Shown here: piece by piece, positions 1-9,195 of the stretch
How positions within the stretch are numbered: the stretch's first letter is position 1
How the letters are laid out: each line of letters opens with the position of its first letter
Source of the DNA: Dictyostelium discoideum
Taxonomy: Eukaryota
Reading direction: 5' to 3'
DNA: 64,000 nt
Assembly (NCBI GenBank): GCA_000004695.1
Contig: CM000155.2
Span: 3,232,001-3,296,000 of the forward strand
Made by a program: the position numbers and the translations under genes
The notes under the pieces: model-generated
Database searches by the model: none
Seen by the model: only the letters and a program-made list of their open reading frames with translations
Told to the model about the DNA's origin: nothing

Positions 1-1
1 A

Positions 2-745
2 TTCAATTTTGAAAAATGGATTTATACACCACTTGGTAATAATAAATATTTATATGAAACATCAATTTCAAATGAAATAACTACAAATATCATTACAACA
101 ATAGAATGGTTTAATAGTAGTGAAATTATTGAATTTGCAAATCAAAAACTTGAAATGAATCCATCATCAGTTAAATACACTATTGAAATTAGTAAATACT
201 CATTTAAATCATCATTAAATACATTACAATTAGTAATGTCTGCTAAATTAACTAGTAATACTCAAGATGATGATATTTGTTCATCAAAGCAATTTGGTAA
301 TACAACCAATGGTGATGATTCAAATTTCTTAAAGATTCAAGTTGATAATTATTCAGTATATGGTAGATTTATTAAACGTGCTATTATAGATGAAAAAGTA
401 CAATCAATTGAAAATTTACAATTAGATCAATCAATGAATCCAATCTCAAAATCATATTCAACTCAAAGTTTTATTGGTATTACAATTCCACAATATTTAA
501 ATTCTCTTATAATCGATCCTGATTTTTCAATATTAGTCGATCAAAAAGCTGCATCAACTAATTCTGAAAATTCAATTTGTTCAAATAATAATAATTCCTC
601 TTCTTTATCAGGTGGTCAAATCGCTGGTATTGTTATTGGTAGTGTTGCTTTCTTAGCTGTTTTAATCACTTGTGTCATTTATTATTTTCATAAAAAAAAA
701 GAGAGTCTATTATTAAAAAAATCTTTCAATTTGAAAAATAATTAA
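2..745 (+). CDS. C-terminal part of a type I membrane glycoprotein (5' partial; the frame is open to the window start). It has many N-x-S/T sites, one TM helix (GQIAGIVIGSVAFLAVLITCVIYYF) and a short basic cytoplasmic tail.
   Basis: The reading frame traced back from ATG 155 stays open to position 2, with a TAA stop at 743-745. A hydrophobic 23-residue segment is followed by KKK. Confidence 0.6.
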   Translation, partial: FNFEKWIYTPLGNNKYLYETSISNEITTNIITTIEWFNSSEIIEFANQKLEMNPSSVKYTIEISKYSFKSSLNTLQLVMSAKLTSNTQDDDICSSKQFGNTTNGDDSNFLKIQVDNYSVYGRFIKRAIIDEKVQSIENLQLDQSMNPISKSYSTQSFIGITIPQYLNSLIIDPDFSILVDQKAASTNSENSICSNNNNSSSLSGGQIAGIVIGSVAFLAVLITCVIYYFHKKKESLLLKKSFNLKNN

Positions 746-779
746 AAAGTTGTAATATTTATGGAAATCTTTTTTCTAA

Positions 780-837
<58 letters not shown>

Positions 838-1478
838 CTGAAATAATAAATAAATATTTATTTGAAAATTTTTTTTTTACAAGTGGTTATATAAACAAAT
901 TAATTTTGGTGTGGTAAACACAAAATAAAAATAAATTTAAATTAAATAATAAAAACACCATAAAAACAGTGTTATTTTTTATTTATTTTAAAATAAATTT
1001 ATGTGATTCTTTTTTTTTAATCCAGCAAAACGTCAACGGAGGTATCTCAATCAATCACTATTTTCTAAATATTAATTTTTTATTATTAAACCATTATATT
1101 GAATTAATTAGAATAAAAAAATAAAATAAAAAAATAAAATAAAAAATAAAATAAAATGATAAAAAAAAAAAAAAAAAAAAAGAAATTAAACAAAAATTAA
1201 AGAAAATTATTTCGAAATTGTTTTAAACAATCATACAGTTTAAAATTAAATAAATTGTTTTAAACCACCACTTTTTTAAAACATATGAAAATAAATAAGA
1301 AATAATAATAAAAAGATAAAAAAAGAATTTTTTTTTTTTTTTTTAATATTATATATTCTTGTTGTCAGTATTGTTACTATAATTAATCCCATGGGTTTTT
1401 TATTATTATTATTTTTAATTCTTTTATATTTGAGATTATTATTAATTAAATAACTTTAAGTTTTTTTTTATTTTTCTA

Positions 1479-1682
1479 TGCACAAAATTACCATATTAAT
1501 TTCGGCAGCCATATTAATTTCAGCCTAAAATAGTTTATCTGTTCTTGACAAAATTAATATGGCTGCTGAAATTAATATGGTAATTTTGGGCATAGAAAAA
1601 TAAAAAAAACTATCAGACATAAGTCCCATGCCAAAATTATCATATTAATTTCAGCAGCCATATTAATTTTGGCATGGGACAT
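1479..1682. repeat. Nested inverted/direct repeat (foldback-like). The ~40-bp unit ccatattaatttc(g/a)gcagccatattaattt occurs direct (1483-1520), inverted (1551-1591) and direct again (1631-1672). The third copy is flanked by the 10-bp inverted repeat gtcccatgcc/ggcatgggac.
   Basis: Read directly. The reverse complement of 1551-1591 matches 1479-1520 with 2 mismatches. Confidence 0.8.
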
Positions 1683-2520
1683 ATATTAAATATGATTTTT
1701 TTTTAGATCATATAAAATAAAAAAAAGTATATAAAAAAAAAAAAAAAAAAAAAAAAAAACTTTTTGTTTAAACACTAAATGATCATTAGTTTTTTAAATA
1801 TTTATTCTATTAAATAATAAACTGGTTATATACTATCAAATTTTTTTTTTTTAACGATACATAAATAATAAATAACTATAATATCAAATAAAAAAAATTT
1901 AATGATGCATTGGGTAATATCGAAAAAAATTTAAACAAAGATGCATTGAATTGGGAAGAAAAATTAACTATTAGTGATTCAGATAGTAGTGACAGTGATC
2001 CAGATACACCAATACAGGGACTTATACCAGAAAATTAACCAAAAACCACAAAAACAGTTAAACCAGTTGCAAATTAATAAACAAATAAATAAAAAAAAAA
2101 TAAATAAATAAATAAATAAAATAAAAAAAAAAAAAAAAATAAAAAAAATACAAATAACATACTAATAAATATTATTTAACGAAGTTACTATCTCTTCCAC
2201 AAAATATAAACGTAGATTTGAAAATTTCAATGAAAATGATGGTTGCTTAAAAGAGTTAATAGAAAAAGAAATTATAATTCAAAAAAATAGAAAGATTAAT
2301 TTATTGGATATTGAATTCAAACAGTATTTTAAAATACCCTGATAAATAATTAGGATACATAAATACATTTAAGCCTAAGGAAATAAATAGAAGGTAGTTT
2401 GGTCAGTGGATGAAATAATAGAACAAGAAATTAAAAATATTATGACCAATTATAATAAAAAATGATTTTTAAATAAAAAATTAAAATAAACTAACTATTT
2501 AAAGTTTGTATTTTTATTTG

Positions 2521-2621
2521 TAGCTTTTTTTTGAATTGGATAACGCAATTATTAGTTGCTTCTCCTTGAGATGCTAGATCTTATTTTATTTGTAGTTTTT
2601 TACAGATAAAAGAGGGGTTAG

Positions 2622-2630
<9 letters not shown>
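2521..2630 (+). repeat. ~100-bp repeat (copy A) ending in gaggggttagtttac followed by a 36-nt poly-T. A second copy lies upstream of the other tRNA gene (59825-59925) in the same orientation relative to the tRNA.
   Basis: ~85% identity between 2535-2630 and the reverse complement of 59825-59925 (ataacgcaattattagttgctyctccttgagatgctagatct...aaaagaggggttagtttac). Confidence 0.75.
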
Positions 2631-2667
<37 letters not shown>

Positions 2668-2949
2668 GGTTCAAATTTTGAATTGTATTATTACTTTTGA
2701 TTAAAACATCTTTTTTGTCCAAATTTTTTATTATATCATCAGCTTCATGATTGATGTTAATGACATATTTGAATTGTTTTTTTTTTATTTGAGTTTTATC
2801 CACAATTTCACTTATTTTTTGTAGGCATTTGTGTTGCTTAATATTTGTGGTGTTGTTTGTAATTTTCATCTTATTTTCTTTCTATTTTTATTTAACTTAA
2901 CCCAGAATTTTAACTTTTTTAAGTTAATCAGAAAATTTCCTTAAGTTCC

Positions 2950-2982
<33 letters not shown>

Positions 2983-3026
2983 TTTGTAGCCAAATTGATG
3001 TAAATTTTTAAAATTTCATCAAAAAT

Positions 3027-3099
3027 GCCTGGATGGCTCAGTAGGCAGAGCGAGCGGCTGTTAACCGCTAGGTCCATGGTTCGATCCCATGTCTAGGCG
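3027..3099 (+). tRNA. tRNA-Asn (anticodon GTT).
   Basis: Cloverleaf: acceptor GCCTGGA/TCTAGGC, D-arm GCTC...GAGC, anticodon stem AGCGG/CCGCT with loop CTGTTAA, T-arm CATGG-TTCGATC-CCATG, discriminator G. Confidence 0.9.
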
Positions 3100-3132
3100 A
3101 TACTTTTCTATGAGAATAGAATTAGATCGCAG

Positions 3133-3143
3133 GTTCAATTCTA
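3133..3143 (+). promoter_or_regulatory. External B box (gGTTCAATTC), 34 nt downstream of tRNA-Asn.
   Basis: Match to the B-box consensus GGTTCGANTCC outside the tRNA body. Dictyostelium tRNA genes are known to carry such ex-B boxes. Confidence 0.6.
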
Positions 3144-3365
3144 TCATTGGAATGGAAAAAAATATTATTTATTAAATAAAAGTATTTATAATTGCTTATT
3201 TCCTTTAATGGATAAACTGTGATTTATTAATTTTTATAATTAGAAAAAAAAAAAAAAAAAAAGAAAGGTTTTTAAAACAGTTTAAAACTTGTAATTTAAT
3301 AAATTTATTTATTTATTTATTTAATGTTATGATTTCAAATCAAGTAATTAGTAACACTGAAATTA

Positions 3366-4304
3366 CTAATTATAACGATTTGCATGACCATAACCTTTAT
3401 TATGACCAGCAGTAAAAGTTTTTAAAGTATAAATATACTTTTTTAAATGTGAATGATTTGGATATTGTTGTTCAAGTTTAGTTGAATATTTGTCTACTTT
3501 AATAATATATTTATTTAATAGACCAACACAATATTTTAAAGCTAAGTCAATTGAACCAAGTTGAATTGCTCTAACTTTAACAAAGTTTGTTAATAAAATT
3601 TCATTGATTTCCATTTTGAATGAACCACAATCATTGATCATTAAATTACAAAGTTCAAAATATTTAAAGAATTTTTTGAAATTTTTTGATTCTCTAATTT
3701 CATTCTCAACATATAAAGTTGAAGTACAAGAGGAAGCAGTAATTGTCATACCGAAATCACCATGTCTTGAATTGAAATAATCTTCAATGGAAAGTGATGA
3801 ATTTAATGATTTATATTTATTGGTTTTAATGGCACTTCTACTCCAATATTCAAAATCTCTAATTAATAAATCAACAGATTCTTTAACACCAACTCTATAG
3901 TATTCATCAAATAATCTCCAAATTTCACGACCAAATGGATCATGACTCTTACTTGATCTATCCATTAAATTATCCACATAATCCTCTTCATAATTACGTG
4001 ATTCATATATGTAATCATCTAAAATGAAAAGAAAATCCAACAATTTTGAATTTACCATATATTCATCCTTTTCACCCAATGGAAAATTCAAAGCAGCAAT
4101 TTTACCAATTTCATTCTTTTTTACATAATTCACAGCATTTTCATAGTTTTGAAAAAATTGTTTAACATATTCCATTTCTTGATTTTCAAAATCTTTATCA
4201 AATGGACTACTTTTAAAATCCCAAGGAAGAGTATACTTTGGAATTCTAATTTCTTGATCCAAAAATTGATTTTTATCCCAAGTAAATTTTATATCATAAT
4301 CCAT
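3366..4304 (-). CDS. Class I (microbial-type) terpene synthase, 312 aa, single exon.
   Basis: Aspartate-rich motif ILDDYIYE (DDxxD/E). NSE/DTE motif NDCGSFKME ((N,D)Dxx(S,T)xxxE). RY pair near the C-terminus (NRYN). Size and architecture fit Dictyostelium TPS genes. Confidence 0.85.
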   Translation of the reverse strand: MDYDIKFTWDKNQFLDQEIRIPKYTLPWDFKSSPFDKDFENQEMEYVKQFFQNYENAVNYVKKNEIGKIAALNFPLGEKDEYMVNSKLLDFLFILDDYIYESRNYEEDYVDNLMDRSSKSHDPFGREIWRLFDEYYRVGVKESVDLLIRDFEYWSRSAIKTNKYKSLNSSLSIEDYFNSRHGDFGMTITASSCTSTLYVENEIRESKNFKKFFKYFELCNLMINDCGSFKMEINEILLTNFVKVRAIQLGSIDLALKYCVGLLNKYIIKVDKYSTKLEQQYPNHSHLKKYIYTLKTFTAGHNKGYGHANRYN

Positions 4305-4525
4305 TTTTTTAAATTTTTTTTTTTTTTTTTTTAATAATTTTTATTTATGATTCAAAATTTTGGAAATATTTGATCAATTTAAATATAAAAAAAAAATGAT
4401 AAAAAAAAAAAAAAATAATAAAAAAAAAAAAAAAATAATAATTAAAAAAAAAAATTATTCTCTTAATTTGGAAATAAAAACAGTTTGATCCCTAATTTAT
4501 TATAAAAAATTTAAAATAAACTAAA

Positions 4526-4700
4526 ATATATTCAAACTTTTTAATATTTGTTCAACTGATGAAGATAAACTTCTTTGTTAACTACATCAGTAGAACAAAT
4601 ATTAAAAAGTTTGAATATTATTTAATTTATTTTAAATTAATATTCAAACTTTTTAATATTTGTTCAACTGATGTAGTTAACAAAGAAGATAAAATTAATT
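4526..4700. repeat. Nested palindrome / foldback structure in the TPS-P450 bidirectional promoter. Arm aatattcaaactttttaatatttgttc occurs direct (4528-4553), inverted (4593-4618) and direct again (4640-4667), with a partly palindromic core around gttaac.
   Basis: Read directly. A near-perfect hairpin is possible over 4528-4618. Confidence 0.8.
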
Positions 4701-4909
4701 AATTGAATGTTTTTATTTTGGAAATGGTCTTTTTATCCACGTAATAAACTGTTAATTAAAAAATAACAATCAGATTATAAAAAAAAAAAAATTATATTTT
4801 TAACAGATTTACCCTCAAAATATCAAAGGGGTTTTTTTTTTTTTAATTTTCCAAAAAAAAAAAAAAAAAAAAAAAAAACCAGTTGTGTTTTTTTAGGGCT
4901 TTATAAAAA

Positions 4910-4945
<36 letters not shown>

Positions 4946-4988
4946 TATATTAATTTTTTTTTTTTTGGAATGATATAATTTAAAGAAA

Positions 4989-5480
4989 ATGATTTTATTA
5001 ACACTTTTATATTTAATTATTTTTTATATTATAATAGATTTTATAAAAAAAAATTATAAAACAAAAAATCAATTACCATCACCATTAGGAATTGCATTAC
5101 CAATTATTGGTCATTTACATTTATTACGTACCGATCCATATAAAACATTAGCTAAAGCATCGAAAAAAACAGAACATGGTATTTTAAAATGTTGGAATGG
5201 TGAGCATTTAATGGTTGTAGTTGATAATCCATCAATAATTAAACAAATGTATGTAAATACAAATAATTTTACAGATAGACCACAAACCAAAGTATTTGAA
5301 ATCATTTCAAGAAATTATAAAAATAGTGGTTTTGCAAATGGTGAAAAATGGAAACATCTCAGAGGTTTATATGCACCAAGTTTTACAAAAATTAAATCAA
5401 GACCACATGAAAATATAATTTTAAAATATGTAAATTTTGAAATTAAATCTTTAAAAAATCATGCAATTACAAATTCAATT
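4989..5480 (+). CDS. Cytochrome P450, exon 1 of 2 (164 codons; membrane anchor and Pro-rich hinge LPSPLGIALPIIGHLHLL). Donor caattg|GTAAGT, phase 0.
   Basis: Typical P450 N-terminus. GTAAGT sits directly after codon 164. The ORF otherwise runs into C10/T-rich junk. Confidence 0.85.
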
Positions 5481-5587
5481 GTAAGTTTGACCCCCCCCCC
5501 CCTTTTTTTTATTTATTTTTAAATTTTAATTAATAAATCATTATTAACTTTTTCTTTTTTATTTTCTATTAATAATAAAATAAATAG

Positions 5588-6571
5588 TATAATCCATTTT
5601 TAATTGAAAATATTAATTCATTTGGTACAAAAGTTATTACAGAAATTATATTTGGTAGAGAGTTTAGTGAAAATGAAGTTTACTCATTAATTGGACCAAT
5701 GAATAAATTATTTGGTATATTGGATACACCATTTCCATCAGAGAGTATATCATTTTTAAAACCATTTTATAGAAGATCTTATAAAGAATGTGATAAACAA
5801 TGTGAAGAATTATTTAAATTGGTTGAAAAAGTTTATGATGATCATTTATTGAATCTAGACAAAGACAACCCAAAAGATGTAATGGATGTAATGATTGTTG
5901 AAACTGATTTCAAAGAAAAGGATCATGTAATTTGTATATGTTGTGATTTATTAATGGGTACAAAAGATACATTCAATACAATTGTTTTATGGTTTTTTGT
6001 ATTAATGATAAATTATCAAGATGTGCAATTGAAGGGATATCAAGAGATAATCAAGGTTTTGGAATGCACAGGTCGAGATCATGTAACAATTGAAGATATC
6101 GATAAATTACCATACATTGATGGAATTATTAAAGAAATCTCAAGAATTCATCCAGCAGGTCCTTTATCAGTACCAAGAACTGCAATCAATGATATAATGA
6201 TCAATGGTTATTTCATTCCAAAAGGTTGTCATGTTTTTCAAAATACTTATGGTGCAGTTTATAATTATATGAAAGAATCTGATGAACCTTGTAAAATGAA
6301 ACCAGAAAGATGGATTGAAAATGAAAAATTAAGAAAAGATGGTAAATTAGACCCAACTAATGATTTAGCATTGATTTCATTACCTTTTTCAAGCGGAATT
6401 AGAAATTGTCCTGGTGTTGGTTTTGCAGAGTATGAATTATTCTTATTATTTTCAAATATCATTTTAAATTTTCATTTATCAAGTCCAAATAATCTAAAAC
6501 TCAATGAAAGTGGTCATTTTGGTCTTACAATGAAACCATTTCCATTTTTAGTTGATTTAAAATTAAGATAA
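5588..6571 (+). CDS. Cytochrome P450, exon 2 of 2 (327 codons; EXXR = EISR, PERW, heme loop FSSGIRNCPG). The total protein is about 491 aa.
   Basis: Acceptor aaatAG at 5586-5587, then the frame is open from 5588 (YNPFLIENINSFG...). Canonical FxxGxRxCxG cysteine ligand motif. TAA stop at 6569-6571. Confidence 0.85.
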   Translation, partial: YNPFLIENINSFGTKVITEIIFGREFSENEVYSLIGPMNKLFGILDTPFPSESISFLKPFYRRSYKECDKQCEELFKLVEKVYDDHLLNLDKDNPKDVMDVMIVETDFKEKDHVICICCDLLMGTKDTFNTIVLWFFVLMINYQDVQLKGYQEIIKVLECTGRDHVTIEDIDKLPYIDGIIKEISRIHPAGPLSVPRTAINDIMINGYFIPKGCHVFQNTYGAVYNYMKESDEPCKMKPERWIENEKLRKDGKLDPTNDLALISLPFSSGIRNCPGVGFAEYELFLLFSNIILNFHLSSPNNLKLNESGHFGLTMKPFPFLVDLKLR

Positions 6572-6573
6572 TA

Positions 6574-6574
<1 letters not shown>

Positions 6575-6631
<57 letters not shown>

Positions 6632-6700
6632 TTTATTTTTATTTTTATTTTTATTTTTATTTTTATTTTTATTTTTATTTTTATTATTATTATCTTCTTT
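6575..6700. repeat. (ATT)n then (ATTTTT)n microsatellite.
   Basis: Read directly. Confidence 0.9.
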
Positions 6701-6980
6701 TTTAGTAAATATTTTTTATACAACATATTAATAAAATTAAAAATCATTTATTTTTCTTTATTTTTTTTTTTTTTTTTTTTTTATTTTTTTTTATTTGTAT
6801 ATAATATTTTAAAATCGATTTTTTGTAATTTGACATAAAAAAAAAAAAAAAAAATAAAAAAATAATAAAATTAAAAACAAAAATAAAAATAAAAACTCAC
6901 TTTCTTTTTTTTTTTATTTTAGAAATTATTATTATTTGTTTCTTTTTTAAATATAAAAAATTAAAAAAAAATTTTTAATA

Positions 6981-7230
6981 ATGTCACAAAATGAATATGA
7001 CAAAAGTAATTCACTTTTAAATATATTTTCAATAAAAAAAATAACGTTAGAGAATGAAACTCTACTAAATTCAAAGATACCATGGGAAATAATTAAGAAT
7101 GGTAATGTTATTGATTTAGGTTGTGGTAATGGATGGTTTTGTAGAGAAATGATTGAAAAAGGTGTAAACCAAATTATTGGTGTTGACATTTCTGAAAAAT
7201 TAATTAAAAAAGCAATAGAATTAAATAAAG

Positions 7231-7279
<49 letters not shown>

Positions 7280-7460
7280 AAAATTAAAATATTATGTCAC
7301 TGATTTAGATAATTTCCAACTTAATGAAACTCCTTTTAATTCATTAATTGGTTCATTTGATTTTGCATTTAGTTCATTTGTAACTCATTATCTATCAGAT
7401 TTAGAATCATATTTTAAAAAAGTTTACAATTTATTAAAATCAAATAATAATAATAATAAT

Positions 7461-7530
<70 letters not shown>

Positions 7531-7889
7531 GAGGTAGTAGTTTTATATTTTTAGCAGAACATCCAATGAGAACTTCAACAAAATGTATTGAAAATAAATT
7601 TATAAATCATAAATTTGAAGGTGATGAAAATTCAAAAATGGTTTGGCCAATTTCAGATTATAGTGAAGAAGGTAAAAGAGTAACTAATTGGGCTGGATCA
7701 AGTGGAATTATTAAATATCATTATACAATTGAAACTTATGTAAACACTTTAATTAAAGTAGGTTTTAAAATTGATTATCTAGGTGAATTAAATCTTGTAG
7801 AAAGACAATTACAATTTAGTAATTCTGGTGATATATCTATAGAAGCAAATAGACCATTTACACTATTTATTAAAGTGTCAAAAAATTAA
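6981..7889 (+). CDS. Class I SAM-dependent methyltransferase, paralog 1 (302 aa). Contains N14 and ~N40 Asn-tract insertions.
   Basis: Motif I VIDLGCGNGWF (GxGxG), post-I acidic IGVDIS, motif II FDFAFSS. 85-90% identical to the ORF at 9196-9987 outside the Asn tracts. Confidence 0.8.
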
Positions 7890-8642
7890 TAAAAAAAAAA
7901 AAAAAATAAAAAAAAAAAGTTAAAAAAGTAAATAATTTAAATTTAATAATAAATAATTAATAAAAAATAAAAATAAATGTAAATTTCATTTCATTATCAC
8001 AAAAATAAAATATATACGTTATTTTATTAATTTAAAAATTATTGTACATGTTGTGCCAAGAACTTTTATTAGAAAAATAAGATGAAATAAAATAAAATGA
8101 TCTTTATTTTATAATTTTCTTTTTAAATTTTTATTATTATTAAAATTATGAATTTTAATAATAAAATATTCAATCGACATTAATAAGTCCACGTGGTTTT
8201 TACCCACGTGGGGTGAGAAAAGTTTAATTATATAAATTTTGATAATACAAGATTTTATTGCAATAATCCAATTATAGTATTTTGATAATAAATAATTAAA
8301 TTGCATTATTCGACTAATTAATTAAATTATTTTCAATTTTATTTTTTATTTAATTTTAAATACAACATATTTAAAACTGGTTATCTTTAAAAAAAAAATA
8401 AAAAAATATTAATAGTTTTATAGTGTTTTTAAAAAAAAAAAAAAAAAATTTGGACGGATAATTGTGAAAAATTTGGACGGATAATGGTGAAAAAATAAGG
8501 ATAATCAAAAAAAACCCTTTTAATACAAAGATGGAAAAAGGGAAAACATATTTTTTAAAACTATGGAATTATCATAATGTTATTATTTCATGGATAAGGA
8601 TAATCAAAAAAAACCCTTTTAATTCAAAGATGGAAAAAGGGA

Positions 8643-8681
<39 letters not shown>

Positions 8682-9195
8682 TATTAGATTGAATTTATGG
8701 ATTTGGAGATTTTATATCGATACAAATATTTGGTAATTTTAATATGAAGCATTAACGATAAGCCCGTTGTGTTGCCATTGTGTAGCAAGTATTTCATGCA
8801 TCATATAGGTTCAATACAAATTTTCTATTTATAATTAACAATACCCCTTGTAATTTCTAATCTATGAATGTTTTAGTGTGAATTTTTTTTACAAAATTTC
8901 CAAGTCACCACTAAATAATAAAAAATAATAATAACTCTCTGTAAAAAAAAAAATATTGTTTAGGTTAATTATTACATATATGTGTTATTGTTTATTTAGT
9001 ACTTGATTGTTGCAGAAAAAAAAATATTTAAATTTAAATTTTACAGATTAAAAAAACTCATCGATGAATTTAACAGGTAAAATTAATATGATCCCGTATA
9101 AAAAAATTGATTTGAGTAAAAAAATATAAATTAACTTTTTTTTTTTTTTTTTATTTCAAAAAACTATTATTTGTTTAATAAATAAATTTTTAAAA

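Noticed and set aside
2618-2869. 83-aa minus-strand ORF ending in K13.
   Set aside because: It runs through the T36 tract next to the tRNA-associated repeat. It is low complexity and has no start context.
4149-4334. Short ORFs composed mainly of F/K/I/N from homopolymer tracts (also 14423-14611, 17059-17461, 17578-17763, 6514-6747, 33517-33705, 35233-36047, 60135-60374, 60746-60976, 62218-62466).
   Set aside because: Translations of A/T homopolymers and microsatellites, or antisense to real genes.
6947-7189. The 80-aa minus-strand ORF and its near-identical twin at 9156-9404.
   Set aside because: Antisense to the 5' ends of the two methyltransferase genes. It is conserved only because the sense strand is conserved.
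8740-8880. Moderately GC-rich ~140-bp island, considered as a possible small ncRNA.
   Set aside because: No convincing stem-loop architecture or match to the Dictyostelium class I RNA 5'/3' complementary ends and conserved 11-mer.
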